DNA of 63,842 nucleotides, counting the filler, from Coriobacteriales bacterium (lineage in GTDB: Bacteria; Actinomycetota; Coriobacteriia; Coriobacteriales; UBA8131), in NCBI GenBank assembly GCA_031263105.1. It is 8 parts of 8 records of this genome, joined end to end, with 100 filler letters (N's around TTAATTAATTAA, not from the genome) between each part and the next. Parts side by side here need not be neighbours in the genome. Positions count along the whole stretch, not along the records: positions 1 to 5,068 come from JAISGJ010000189.1; positions 5,169 to 21,583 come from JAISGJ010000223.1; 6 more parts are not named here. One strand, written 5' to 3'. Below, piece after piece: positions 1 through 10,690 of the stretch (the stretch's first letter is position 1; each line of letters starts with the position of its first letter). The notes beneath the pieces are model-generated. The model was not told the DNA's origin and ran no database searches. It was given only the letters and a program-made list of their open reading frames with translations. Made by a program: the position numbers and the translations under genes.

Positions 1-141
1 CGTTGGACACTGCGTGTCCAAAGATTCCTCGGCAAGCTCGGAATGACAGTGGGGGCCCGGGATGGCAGTGGGGCCCGGGATGGCAGTGGGGGCAGGGATG
101 GCAGTGGGGCCCGGGATGGCAGTGGGGGTGTGAACTGTAAC
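1..141. mobile_element. Palindromic MITE copy (right part only; window edge) with tandem ~18-bp end units
   Basis: TTGGACACTGCGTGTCCAA hairpin, GATTCCTCGG, GCTCGGAATGACAGTGGGGG, repeated GGGATGGCAGTGGGG units, ends GTGTGAACTGTAAC like other copies. Confidence 0.85.
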
Positions 142-177
142 GCACGATTGTCTCCTTTCTGCATCATTTGCGAGCGG

Positions 178-2799
178 TTAGACCACCACGCTCACCAGCT
201 TGCCGGGCACGACGACGACCTTCTTCACGGGCTTCCCGTCCAGATAAGAGGCCGCTGCTGCGAGGGCGGCCTCGCGCACCTCGTCCTCGGCGGCTCCGGT
301 TGCGACCGTTATGCGGGCGCGGATCTTCCCGTTGACCTGGACGGCCAGTTCAATCGTGTCCGCCACGGCCTGTGCCGCATCGAACTCCGGCCACGGCTGG
401 AGGTGCACGCTGTTCTCCTCCCCCAAAACGCTCTGCCACAGCTCCTCGGCCATGTGGGGCGCAAAGGGGGCGACCAGCAGCACGAGGGTCTGGGCGACAC
501 GCCGCGCCAAGGCCCCGTCTCGTAGGGCGAGGGGCAGCTTCAGGTAGCTGGCCGTCGTGTTCGTGAGTTCCATGAGGGCGCTGATGGCCGTGTTGAAGTT
601 GAAGCGCTCGATGTCGGCGGTGACCTTGCCGATGACGCGATGGAGCTCGCGGTTCAGCTCCTTGCCGCGCAGGGCGGCGGCGGTCGCATCGAGCGAGTCG
701 TCGTACAGGGAGAGCCGCACGCCTTCCTCGTCGACGACCGTCTCCCCCAGCAGGTCATGGACGCTGCGCCAGACGCGGTTGACGAAGCGGGAGATGCCCT
801 CAAGCCCTTCCTGCGACCAGTCGAGGTCCTTGTCGGGCGGTGCCATGAACAGGATGTAGACGCGCAGGGCGTCGGCGCCGAAGCGCGCGATCATCTCCTC
901 GGGTGCGACGACGTTGCCCTTGGACTTGCTCATGACCTCGCCGTCGAGCTTGACCATGCCCTGGGTCAGCAGGTTCTTGAAAGGCTCGTCGAAGCCGAGC
1001 AGCCCCACGTCGCGCAGGGCCTTTGTGAAGAAGCGCGAATAGAGCAGGTGGAGGATGGCGTGTTCGATGCCGCCGATGTACTGGTCGACGGGCATCCAGG
1101 CATCGGCGCGCTCGGGCGCAAAGGGCAGCGCTGTGTTGTGCGGGTCGGTATAGCGTAGGTAGTACCAGCTCGAACACGTGAAGGTGTCCATCGTGTCGGT
1201 CTCGCGATGGGCCGCGCCTCCGCACTTTGGGCAGGCGACCTCGTAGAACTCGGGGCGGCTTGCCAGGGTCTCGCCCTTCGTCACGTCGATGTCCATGGGG
1301 AGGATCACGGGCAGGTTCTCCTCGGGCACCGGCACGATGCCGCAGCGGTCGCAGTAGACGGCGGGGATGGGGTTGCCCCAGTAGCGTTGACGCGAGATGA
1401 GCCAGTCGCGCAGGCGGAAGTTGACCGTCGCCTTGCCTGTGCCCTCGGCGGCAAGGCTGTCGATGACCGCCTGCGAGCCGGGGGAGCCCTTGCCTCCCCG
1501 CATCCCGGTGAACGCGCCGCTCTGCACCATGACGCCCTCGCCGTCGAAGGCGTGCTCCCAGGGGACGTCGTCCACGATGCGCTCGTGCGCATCGCGCAGC
1601 CTGTCGAGGAGCGGGTCGCTCTCGGCGACGACGACCGGAGGGATGGGCAGGCCGTAGGTACGGGCGAAGGCGAAGTCGCGCTCGTCGCCCGAGGGCACGG
1701 CCATGACCGCCCCTGTGCCGTAGTCCATCATCACGTAGTCGGACACCCAGACGGGCACCTTCTCCCCATTGACGGGGTTTATCACGTAGCGCCCCGTGAA
1801 GGCGCCGTTCTTCTTGCGCTCGCCTTTGGAGCGCTCCACGGCCGTTGCGCCTGCGGCAAGCGCAACCACGCGTGCGACCTCGGCCTCGTAGGGGGTGCCT
1901 TGCACGAAGGCCTCCACAAGCGGGTGCTCGGGCGCGAGCAAAAAGAAGCTGCATCCGAACAGCGTGTCCGGCCGCGTCGTGAACACGGTGATGCGCTCGT
2001 CGGTCGGGTTCCCGTCAGCGTCGCAGAGCCGGAAGTCTATCTCGGCGCCCGTCGAGCGGCCTATCCAGTTCGCCTGCATCTGCCGCACGCGTTCCGGCCA
2101 GCCTTCGAGCTGGGCGAGGTCGTCGAGCAGTTCCTGCGCGTAGCCGGTGATCTTGAAAAACCACTGCTCGAGCTCCCGGCGCTCGACCGGCGAGCCGCAG
2201 CGCCAACAGACCCCCTCCCCAAGGACCTGCTCGTTGGCGAGCACCGTCTTGCAGGAGGGGCACCAGTTCACGGGCGAGCTGCGGCGCTCGACGAGCCCGC
2301 GCTCCCAGAGCTTGAGGAAGATCCACTGGCCCCAACGGTAGTAGTCCTTGTCGCTCGTGACGACGGTGCGGTCCCAGTCGTATGAGAAGCCGAGGCGCTT
2401 GAGCGAGGAGCGTTGCCGCTCTATGTTGCGATAGGTCCACGCCGCCGGAGTCGAGTCCTGCTTGATGGCGGCGTTCTCCGCAGGCAGTCCGAAGGAGTCC
2501 CACCCGATGGGGTGCAGCACGTTGAAGCCCCGCATGCGCTTGTAGCGGCCGATCACGTCGCCGATGCTGTAGTTGCGCACGTGTCCCATGTGGACGTCGC
2601 CGGAGGGGTAGGGGAACATCTCCAGCACGTAGTAGGACGGCTTGGGGGCGAGGGTGCCGGGGCTCGCCCCGCCGCCGCCCGCGTCCGCCGCCGCCCCGCC
2701 GCCGCCCGCCGCGTCCGCCTCCTGCACCCTGTCAAGCGCGGCCTCGGCCCATGCAACCTGCCAGCGCGGCTCTATCTCAAGCGGGTCGTACTGCTGCAT
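178..2799 (-). CDS. leuS: Leucine--tRNA ligase
   Basis: [42 protein letters not shown] motifs; Gly/Ala-rich insertion near N-terminus. Confidence 0.98.
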   Translation of the reverse strand: MQQYDPLEIEPRWQVAWAEAALDRVQEADAAGGGGAAADAGGGGASPGTLAPKPSYYVLEMFPYPSGDVHMGHVRNYSIGDVIGRYKRMRGFNVLHPIGWDSFGLPAENAAIKQDSTPAAWTYRNIERQRSSLKRLGFSYDWDRTVVTSDKDYYRWGQWIFLKLWERGLVERRSSPVNWCPSCKTVLANEQVLGEGVCWRCGSPVERRELEQWFFKITGYAQELLDDLAQLEGWPERVRQMQANWIGRSTGAEIDFRLCDADGNPTDERITVFTTRPDTLFGCSFFLLAPEHPLVEAFVQGTPYEAEVARVVALAAGATAVERSKGERKKNGAFTGRYVINPVNGEKVPVWVSDYVMMDYGTGAVMAVPSGDERDFAFARTYGLPIPPVVVAESDPLLDRLRDAHERIVDDVPWEHAFDGEGVMVQSGAFTGMRGGKGSPGSQAVIDSLAAEGTGKATVNFRLRDWLISRQRYWGNPIPAVYCDRCGIVPVPEENLPVILPMDIDVTKGETLASRPEFYEVACPKCGGAAHRETDTMDTFTCSSWYYLRYTDPHNTALPFAPERADAWMPVDQYIGGIEHAILHLLYSRFFTKALRDVGLLGFDEPFKNLLTQGMVKLDGEVMSKSKGNVVAPEEMIARFGADALRVYILFMAPPDKDLDWSQEGLEGISRFVNRVWRSVHDLLGETVVDEEGVRLSLYDDSLDATAAALRGKELNRELHRVIGKVTADIERFNFNTAISALMELTNTTASYLKLPLALRDGALARRVAQTLVLLVAPFAPHMAEELWQSVLGEENSVHLQPWPEFDAAQAVADTIELAVQVNGKIRARITVATGAAEDEVREAALAAAASYLDGKPVKKVVVVPGKLVSVVV

Positions 2800-2852
2800 C
2801 GCAGATCCTCTCTCCTTCGGCCACGGTCTACGTTTTCGTCAACTGTGCGATA

Positions 2853-2894
2853 ATTCCCCTCCTTCGGAGGGGTGGCGCGAAGCGCCGGGGCGGT
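2853..2894. repeat. 42-bp REP-like double hairpin
   Basis: Reverse complement matches 20243-20284 inside cimA at 41/42 nt. Confidence 0.85.
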
Positions 2895-2921
2895 TCCAAG
2901 GCTGCGAATCCGTCCCGCCGC

Positions 2922-4439
2922 CTATCGGAAGTTCGGGGGAAGCGCGCTCAGTTGGTCCTTGAGCATGACGTCGTGTGCGCCGCCCTCGACGATGGAGGTC
3001 GAGGAGACGAGCGTGAGTTTGGCCTTCTCCTGCAGCTCGGGGACGCTGAGTGCGCCGCAGTTGCACATGGTGGAGCGCATCTTGGCGAGCGTGAGCGCGA
3101 CGTTGTCCTTCAGCGGGCCGGCGTAGGGCACATACGAGTCCACGCCCTCCTCGAAGCCCAGCTTCGAGGAGCCGCCCGTGTGGTAGCGCTGCCAGTTGCG
3201 CGCGCGCGCGGAGCCTTCTCCCCAGTATTCCTTCATGTAGTTGCCGTTGACGGCGACCTTGGCCGTGGGGCTCTCGTCGAAGCGCGCGAAGTAGCGCCCG
3301 AGCATCATGAAGTCGGCCCCCATGGCGAGCGCCAAGGTCATGTGGTAGTCGAAGACGATGCCGCCGTCCGAACAAAGGGGCAGGTAGACGCCTGTCTCCT
3401 TGAAGTACTTGTTGCGCTCGTCGGCGACCTCGATGACGCTGGTCGCCTGGCTGCGGCCGATGCCCTTCTGCTCGCGCGTGATGCAGATGGAGCCGCCGCC
3501 GATGCCGATCTTGATAAAGTCCGCCCCCGCCTCGGCGAGGAAGCGGAAGCCCTCGCGGTCGACGACGTTGCCTGCGCCGACGCGCACCTCCTCCCCAAAC
3601 TCCTTCTTGATGTAGCCCAGCGTCTGGGATTGCCATTCGGAGAAGCCCTCCGAGGAGTCTATGCAGAGCACGTCGGCGCCCGCCTCGAGCAGCGGCCCCA
3701 CGCGCTCGGCGTAGTCGTGCGTATTCACGCCCGCGCCCACCATGTAACGCTTGTGGTCGTCGAGGTTCTCGAGGGGGTTCTCCTTGTGCGAGGCGTAGTC
3801 CTTGCGGAACACGAGGTTGAGCAGGTGGTCGTCCGCATCGACTATCGGCAGGGCGTTGAGCTTGTGGTCCCAGATGATGTCGTTCGCCTCGCTCAAGCTG
3901 GTCTCGGCGGGTGCGGTGACGAGGCGCTCGCGCGGCGTCATGAACTCGGATGCCCGCGAGGCAAGCGGCGTGCGCGTCGGCCGGTAGTCGCGGCTCGTGA
4001 CGATGCCGAGCAGCTTGCCGTGCGGCGAGCCGTCGTGGGTGACCGGCATGGTCGAGTGCCCCGAGGCCTCCTTCTTCTCCATGACGGTTTCCAGCGTGTC
4101 GTCTGGGGAGACGTTCGAGTCGCTGACGACGAAGCCCGCCTTGTGGTCCTTCACGCGTGCGATCATCGCGGCCTGGTCGGCGATGCTCTGCGAGCTGTAG
4201 ATGAACGACAGCCCTCCCTCGCGCGCCAAGGCGATTGCCATCTTGTCGTCGGAGACGCTTTGCATGATGGCGGAGACAAGCGGGACGTTCAGCATCAGCG
4301 AGGGACCGTCCTTGCGCCTGTACCTCACCAGCGGAACGCTGAGGTTCACCGCAGAGGGCACGCACTCGGTCGACGAGTAACCGGGCACCAAAAGGTACTC
4401 GTTGAAGGTATGTGCCGCCTCGTCATAAAAGATTGCCAT
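2922..4439 (-). CDS. guaB: IMP dehydrogenase (with CBS pair)
   Basis: [19 protein letters not shown] catalytic Cys, YWGEGS, EEGVD; start at MAIFYDE. Confidence 0.96.
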   Translation of the reverse strand: MAIFYDEAAHTFNEYLLVPGYSSTECVPSAVNLSVPLVRYRRKDGPSLMLNVPLVSAIMQSVSDDKMAIALAREGGLSFIYSSQSIADQAAMIARVKDHKAGFVVSDSNVSPDDTLETVMEKKEASGHSTMPVTHDGSPHGKLLGIVTSRDYRPTRTPLASRASEFMTPRERLVTAPAETSLSEANDIIWDHKLNALPIVDADDHLLNLVFRKDYASHKENPLENLDDHKRYMVGAGVNTHDYAERVGPLLEAGADVLCIDSSEGFSEWQSQTLGYIKKEFGEEVRVGAGNVVDREGFRFLAEAGADFIKIGIGGGSICITREQKGIGRSQATSVIEVADERNKYFKETGVYLPLCSDGGIVFDYHMTLALAMGADFMMLGRYFARFDESPTAKVAVNGNYMKEYWGEGSARARNWQRYHTGGSSKLGFEEGVDSYVPYAGPLKDNVALTLAKMRSTMCNCGALSVPELQEKAKLTLVSSTSIVEGGAHDVMLKDQLSALPPNFR

Positions 4440-4616
4440 CGCCCAGTCTCCTTTTCGCCTCATGCCGTCTCTGCCGCTTGTGTCGCCCGCGCCCGCACCG
4501 TCCGGTCTGTGCCGCCCGCGCCCCGGCTCGCGCCGTCGGGTATCCGACATTCTACTATATCTGGCCCCGAACACGTCATTCGCAGTCATTTGTGGCCACT
4601 CGCGAGCGCCGCGTCC

Positions 4617-5060
4617 GTTACTGACACCTCCACTGTCATCCCGAGCCTGCCGAGGGATCCTTGGGTCCGAGCGCCCGGAAAACGCACCGCGTTTTCAGCG
4701 AGGACGGGCCGACAGGCCCACGGGACCCGAGCGCCCGGAAAACGCACCGCGTTTTCAGCGAGGACGGGCCGACAGTCCGGCGGACTGTTTCCGGGCGAAG
4801 CTGCGAAGCAGCGGGTGAGCCCCTGAGCGGGTGAGCCCATGGAACCGACAGGCCCACGAAACGCGAAGCAGCCGAGCGCGGACAGGTGTGCCTCCTGATC
4901 GCAGTTGATCGCTTCGCGATCAAGGATTCCTCGGCAGGCTCGGAATGACAGTGGGGGCTCGGAATGACAGTGGGGGCTCGGAATGACAGTGGGGGCTCGG
5001 AATGACAGTGGGGGCTCGGAATGACAGGGGGGGGGGGGGGGGGGGGGGGGGTGTAAGTAA
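4617..5060. mobile_element. Long MITE copy with internal duplicated ~49-bp module and tandem GGGGGCTCGGAATGACAGT units
   Basis: Starts GTTACTGACACCTCCACTGTCATCCCGAGC, ends GTAAGTAAC; direct repeat at 4667-4714/4727-4774. Confidence 0.8.
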
Positions 5061-5168
5061 CCTGGGGGNNNNNNNNNNNNNNNNNNNNNNNNNNNNNNNN
5101 NNNNNNNNNNNNTTAATTAATTAANNNNNNNNNNNNNNNNNNNNNNNNNNNNNNNNNNNNNNNNNNNN

Positions 5169-6499
5169 TGCAGATGGTGTTTTTCGGTTTCTCGTTGCGT
5201 AAAGTTGTCGTTATGTGCTATAACCTCGATGCGCGTGTTCAGGTCGGTGGCAACGCGGCTCAGCTTGCCTGGTTTTCCTGCCCCCCCCCCCCCCCCCCCC
5301 ATACGAGGAGTATCCTGAGCCTTGAGCGATGCCAAGAGCGCCAGAAGATACGATGCCCCCACAACAAGCACGCAGATACTTATCGTGGGCAGGTTGCCCT
5401 CAACAAAAAGCATGCTGAGTAACTGTAAGGTGAAGTTGATTGTCGCAATAACACCAACTACTCTAACTGACGACAAGGGAAATACCCGCATACAACTGGT
5501 GATGCAGATACTGTAAGTCAACCAAGTCAGCAACTCTACAATAGCGCTCAAGGCAAGGGCGATACTGGTATCGGCATTACCCACTTGCAGATACTCTAGC
5601 AAAAAAAGCCCTGCAAAAGTAAAAATTGCTGGTGCCTGAGCCCAGAAACCACTGGTTTTATGTGTGTGAAAATAGTAGAGCGGCAAAGCGATGCAGGCAT
5701 ATCCGATGACTTCAATTAGTGTAAGCGGGACAGGGTAGGCAATGTTATCTTCAAAACGAGCATTACCCCACAAACCACCCGGATTGGTCATTGCCATAAT
5801 AACGAGTGCCAGAGAAGAGGCCAAGAGCAATATGACCTGTGCTCGCATTGCTTCGGAACTCTTCAGGAGTTGCTTGGTGATGTCGAGCCCTCGTTTCATG
5901 GGGGGCAAGCGGGGAGCCTCATCAACTCCTAGCAGTCGCTGTGCCAGAAAGAGAGAAATGCCCATAATCAAGATGAGCAACAAGACAATGAGAGGTAGCC
6001 ATTGCGGGGGCGCAAGCGCATGTATCACTGATTTTGCAAAATTAGACAATGCGTAGCTGATGACGAAAAGTACGGCGATATGCCACATCGAACCGTTCTT
6101 TCGGAATAACCTGAATATAGAAAGAAGGAACCATGCGTACCCAAAACCGGCTACTATGCCCCCACCGCTCGCCAACATATGCATGGGTACTAGCGTCTGG
6201 TGTGCAGCAAGCGAGAGCAGACTGTTTCCGAGTATTGTTAGCACCGTTATGGTTGGCAATAAAACGACATTCGCCCTGCGAAAAAATCTATCGAAAACGG
6301 CAATAACAAGGCAACATCCTGTCCGCGAAAGAAGAAAGGCGAGTCGCTCAATCGGCACATCGACCTGAACGGAAGTGGGCAGGGCGTATGCTGAACTGTG
6401 TCCTGTGAGCATGAAGTAGAGGTTAAAAAGCAGAAGGCTTAATCCAGCAAACAGAAGCCCTTTTCTTGCACGTTTGAGCGCTCGATCGGTGATGGGCAT
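5169..6499 (-). CDS. Multi-transmembrane LuxR-family regulator (C-terminal HTH cut by contig end)
   Basis: About 12 hydrophobic segments followed by FTQRETE (start of LuxR HTH, LTxRE); divergent from oxidoreductase operon. Confidence 0.75.
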
Positions 6500-6704
6500 T
6501 TGGTTACATTCTTTCTGCTCGCAGCCTTGCAGTAGATTTTCTAAATATACATTCTAATACTGTCAAGGGCAAATACGTAAAACGTCTTATTTGTCTATGG
6601 GCAAAAATACGACGACTACACTATTCTCCTTCTTTCACGACGCCGCTATATTTGACAATCGATTGTTCGTACACCAACGAACCGAGGAGAGATAGGAGAG
6701 ATGT

Positions 6705-7424
6705 ATGAAAGAAGGAGAAGGAGCCGCTAAACTTACCCGTCGCGACTTTCTCAAGATGGGTGGAGCGGTAACAGGCGGTGCGGCCGTGTTGGGAGTAGGC
6801 GGGCTTGCCGTCGGCCCTGCTGCAGAAGCAGTGGCAGAGGGTACTACAGAAGTCGAGTTGCTGTACACTTGTCCGATAGACGGAAAGCGCTTTACTTCAT
6901 ACGAGGCAATCCAAGAGCATTTCAAGACAAATCACCCCGATGACGCAATACCTGAAGTGATGACGCTGAACCTTAACGGTGGTGAGAGCGTCGTGCAGAT
7001 TGAGTCGCATTGGACGCTACAGGAGGCTCTGCAATTTGCCCTCGGTCTTACGGGAGCAAAGACTATGTGCGACCGAGGTGGTTGCGGTTCGTGTACCGTG
7101 CTCATCGAAGGTGAGCCGGCGCTTGCGTGCACTACGTTGACGATTGAATGCGAGGGCAAGGCGATTGAGACCGTCGAAGGCATAGCCGCCGACGAAAAAT
7201 GGAAGCCCCTCATGGATGGGTTTGCCAAAAACGATGGCTCCCAATGCGGCTATTGCTCTCCCGGCCAAGTTGTTATGGCCAAGTACATCATAGAAAAATA
7301 TGAGAATCCGACCGACGATCAGATCAATCAAGAGATGGCGGGAAATATCTGCCGTTGCGGAACCTATCCGCGTCACCCCAAAGCTATCCATGATGCTATT
7401 TCTGCGATGCAAGGAGGTGCCTGA
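6705..7424 (+). CDS. Xanthine oxidase-family 2Fe-2S subunit with Tat signal (PaoA/CoxS-like)
   Basis: TRRDFLK Tat motif; CDRGGCGSC..C and CGYC..CRC motifs. Confidence 0.92.
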   Translation: MKEGEGAAKLTRRDFLKMGGAVTGGAAVLGVGGLAVGPAAEAVAEGTTEVELLYTCPIDGKRFTSYEAIQEHFKTNHPDDAIPEVMTLNLNGGESVVQIESHWTLQEALQFALGLTGAKTMCDRGGCGSCTVLIEGEPALACTTLTIECEGKAIETVEGIAADEKWKPLMDGFAKNDGSQCGYCSPGQVVMAKYIIEKYENPTDDQINQEMAGNICRCGTYPRHPKAIHDAISAMQGGA

Positions 7425-9706
7425 TGGCTCCGATTGACAACGAGCGAACAGACTTCAGGTATGCCGGCGTGGTCTCACAGCCAGGTCGTCAGTCGTGGGA
7501 TATGGCTGAGGGTGTAGCAAAATATCAGCGCGACATGACCAAAGCAGGCATGCTCTTCGGTCGCGCATTAAGGAGCCCTTATGGACGGGCAGCCGTTGAG
7601 ATTATCGACACCTCTGCGGCGGAGGCACTTGAGGGGGTCGAGTTGGTTCTGCGCTGGGATGACGAAGACCTCGCGCAGTATCCGCTTGACCATCTAGACC
7701 CTCTTTCGACGAGCAACACTCCAGCTTTAAGTAATGAGGCAAGTTTTGAGGGTGACGAATGCGGTGTAATCGTTGTGGCGCGCACGGATGAGCTTTGCAG
7801 AAGAGCGCTTGACCTGATTAAGGTGGACTGGTCGGTTCTTCCGCATATCATTGACCCCAGAGTTGCGGCGACGGAAGGCGCTCCTCTCATGTATCCGAAC
7901 CTCAATGACGCCAGCAACGTGGGCGGCATCATGGGTCAGAACATCTCCGAGGTAGGCAATATCGTTGAGGGTTTTGCGGAGGCAGACCATATTGAGGAAC
8001 TCGATATAAACTGGCTGAACTGGAACCACTTCCGCCCTATGCCCCAGGCGTATTTGGCTTATTGGGAAGCCGATCCCTATGGCAATGCCGACTACGGCAA
8101 ACTGCTCTATATGAACGGTGATCATGCGTTGGGAGGCGACAACGGTCCTCTGGGTATAGCTCGTTACATGATGGGATTCAACGAGGACAATATGCGCGCT
8201 ACCTCGCCTTATACCGGTGGGCGCTATTGCAACAATCTTGAGCATCGTGGAGCGGGACTTTCCGCATATATTTCAAAGCGGGTTGGTCGTCCGGTGCGCT
8301 GGACGTATTCGCGACGCGACGAATTTGCGGTTCAGGCCCCTCAGAACTTCTCTCATTTTCGCTTTGGGTTTACCAATGATGGGCAGCTAACGGCGGTGCA
8401 ACACCGCTCAGTATTCCCGACAGGCGTATTGGCCGGGTTTTTTAACCGAAACGATGCCCCCTACGCTCTTGCACCCACTCTCGGCTCATTCCAGGGTATG
8501 CTTACCTGCAAGAATCTCTATAACGACACCACTCAGGTCTATACCAACAGAGCAATCTTTGGGCCGGAACCAGGCAATCGCGGCGGCGATATCATCAATA
8601 TGGTACTCACTCGCGTTGCGCACGTTCTGGGGAAGGACCCCATTGAAGTCTTTAGGCTTAACCTTCAAGAGCCTGGCTACCTGTCTTTCGATATGTGTGC
8701 CGAGGCAGGGAAGGCCGCCTTTGACTGGGACGCAAAGCGCCATGCTCCCGGCGAGAAGACACTTCCTGACGGTCGTCTGCACGGTGCCGCAGTATTCGCG
8801 TCAACTATGGGGACCAAACTAGGCACACTCTACAACATGAATCTTTGCATAAAGAATGACGGAAAGGTATATCTCCCCTTCTTTGAGTCGATTGGCGGCA
8901 TTTACTATGGTGAGATGTTCCAAACGGTCGTCGCCGAGGAAATGGGCATGAAACTGGAAGATGTCATCGTTTATTACCTGCCGAACTATGCGAACTGGAA
9001 CTGGGGTCTGGCATATGACCATGCCTCTTCGGGAACCTACGCTGCAAAAGAATCGGCGCGTATGCTGAAAGAGAAGATACTCCAGAACCTTTATGCGAGA
9101 GTGGGTGCCGCCAGTCCTGAAGAAGCGGATATCGTAGATTCTCAAGTGGTTCTCAAGGTCGATCCGAGCAAGACATTCCCACTGCGGAACAACATACCCT
9201 TGCGCCAACTTTCCTCTTTCAGTGACGCCAGCAGAATCAATCCCTTGACGGGCGTCGATCGTTTCGCGACCTCGGTTATGGATTTCTGTGAAGTCGCGGT
9301 TGATCCTGAGACGGGAGAGATCGAGATTCTAGATTATGTGACGACCCATGACTTCGGAAAAGTATTCAGGCGTTCATCGGCAGAAGGACAGTTGGAAATG
9401 TTTGCCACTATGGCTGCCGGTATCACGAGGCTCGAAGAGGTCGTATGCGACGAGAACACCGGCGTGCTCCTTAACGGTAACCCTATTGATTACAAAGTGC
9501 CTACTAGGTTGGATACACCGTTCGCGAGATCGGTTATCGTTGAATCAAGGAACGGCTATGGTGCCTATGGTTCTGCAAGTATGGGCCACTCTCACATCAG
9601 CCGTGGCTTGATGGCCAATGCCGTTTCCAATGCCCTTGGGGTCTGGGTCGATACCTTCCCCTATAACAGCGACAGAGTTCTCAGAGCTCTGGAAAAGATT
9701 CAGTAG
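7424..9706 (+). CDS. Xanthine oxidase-family molybdopterin-binding subunit (divergent)
   Basis: GMLFGRALRSPY, GRPVRW, EVAVDPETGEI..HDFG, DYKVP motifs; TGATG coupling to upstream gene. Confidence 0.9.
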   Translation: MAPIDNERTDFRYAGVVSQPGRQSWDMAEGVAKYQRDMTKAGMLFGRALRSPYGRAAVEIIDTSAAEALEGVELVLRWDDEDLAQYPLDHLDPLSTSNTPALSNEASFEGDECGVIVVARTDELCRRALDLIKVDWSVLPHIIDPRVAATEGAPLMYPNLNDASNVGGIMGQNISEVGNIVEGFAEADHIEELDINWLNWNHFRPMPQAYLAYWEADPYGNADYGKLLYMNGDHALGGDNGPLGIARYMMGFNEDNMRATSPYTGGRYCNNLEHRGAGLSAYISKRVGRPVRWTYSRRDEFAVQAPQNFSHFRFGFTNDGQLTAVQHRSVFPTGVLAGFFNRNDAPYALAPTLGSFQGMLTCKNLYNDTTQVYTNRAIFGPEPGNRGGDIINMVLTRVAHVLGKDPIEVFRLNLQEPGYLSFDMCAEAGKAAFDWDAKRHAPGEKTLPDGRLHGAAVFASTMGTKLGTLYNMNLCIKNDGKVYLPFFESIGGIYYGEMFQTVVAEEMGMKLEDVIVYYLPNYANWNWGLAYDHASSGTYAAKESARMLKEKILQNLYARVGAASPEEADIVDSQVVLKVDPSKTFPLRNNIPLRQLSSFSDASRINPLTGVDRFATSVMDFCEVAVDPETGEIEILDYVTTHDFGKVFRRSSAEGQLEMFATMAAGITRLEEVVCDENTGVLLNGNPIDYKVPTRLDTPFARSVIVESRNGYGAYGSASMGHSHISRGLMANAVSNALGVWVDTFPYNSDRVLRALEKIQ

Positions 9707-9719
9707 GGAGGATGCAATC

Positions 9720-10658
9720 ATGCGACACTTTACCCATATTGATGCTTCTAGCATCAACGAAGCATCAAGCCTAATCGCCGGCGGCAGCTCTATGCTCATA
9801 GCCGGTGGAACCGATTTGCTCGGAACGCTGAAAGACGAGATTCTTCCGCAATACCCACAGCAGATAGTCAATCTCAAGACTGTTGATTCGCTGGATTATA
9901 TCAAGGAAGACGGTGACGCCATCGCCATAGGCGCACTTACCAAACTTGATACCGTCGCCAACGACGCGATGCTGCTTGAGCGTTTTACTGCTCTGGCTGA
10001 GGCAGCCGGACGGGTGTCGGCTCCTACGCAGCGGCACATGGGTACCATTGGTGGCAACATCTGCCAGATGCATCGTTGCTGGTACTTCCGTGCGCCTGAA
10101 AACCGGTTCTATTGTCTGCGCAAGGGCGGGGATTACTGTCCGGCCACCATCGGCGACAATCGCTATCACTCCATCTTCGGTGCCGAGCAAGGCTGTATAA
10201 CTGCCTCACCGCACGACACCGCTCCGGCGCTCATTGCGCTGAACGCGACCATTGTCACTAATAAGACTCAGTACGTGGCCGAAGACTTCTTCGCAGTCAA
10301 CGGAATACGCTCCAATGTGTTAGGCGACGACGAGATTGTCACGGAGATTCGGATACCTAACACAGACACAAAAAGTGCCTTTTTGAAACACGCCGAGCGC
10401 AAGGCCATTGACTTCCCTATCGTGAACTGCGCCGTTGCAGTTACTGGCGAGGGAACTCGTATCGCTTGTGGAGGACTCTTCCCCACGCCGTTGCGGATGG
10501 CAACGGCAGAGGCCGAGGTTGCTGGTGGCATTTCTGAGGATTCCGCTCAACGCGCCGGAGATGCAGCTGTTGCTGAGGCGCAGCCGTTCCCCAAGAACGC
10601 ATATAAGGTGGAGCTCGCGCGGGCTCTGGTAAAGCGGACGCTCCTTAAGTCTGTCTGA
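9720..10658 (+). CDS. Xanthine oxidase-family FAD subunit with 4Fe-4S insertion (PaoB-like)
   Basis: IAGGTDL, GTIGGNICQ..RCWYFR..C..KGG..C..C motifs, NAYKV; GGAGG SD. Confidence 0.92.
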   Translation: MRHFTHIDASSINEASSLIAGGSSMLIAGGTDLLGTLKDEILPQYPQQIVNLKTVDSLDYIKEDGDAIAIGALTKLDTVANDAMLLERFTALAEAAGRVSAPTQRHMGTIGGNICQMHRCWYFRAPENRFYCLRKGGDYCPATIGDNRYHSIFGAEQGCITASPHDTAPALIALNATIVTNKTQYVAEDFFAVNGIRSNVLGDDEIVTEIRIPNTDTKSAFLKHAERKAIDFPIVNCAVAVTGEGTRIACGGLFPTPLRMATAEAEVAGGISEDSAQRAGDAAVAEAQPFPKNAYKVELARALVKRTLLKSV

Positions 10659-10690
10659 GCTAGCAACGCTTTTAAAAAAGAGACGGCAGT

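Noticed and set aside
4935..5030. Tandem GGGGGCTCGGAATGACAGT units (also 40-125, 15397-15470, 35065-35140) as a CRISPR array
   Set aside because: No unique spacers, no cas genes; the units are amplified MITE sub-termini.
5069..5168. N-runs with TTAATTAATTAA (7 occurrences)
   Set aside because: Artificial contig linker with stops in all frames; not biological, and cross-gap synteny is invalid.
5281..5300. Poly-C tract in the LuxR gene (also poly-G 5027-5050, poly-C 21361-21379) as a phase-variation switch
   Set aside because: All lie in degraded contig-end sequence; sequencing artefact is more likely and cannot be separated without reads.
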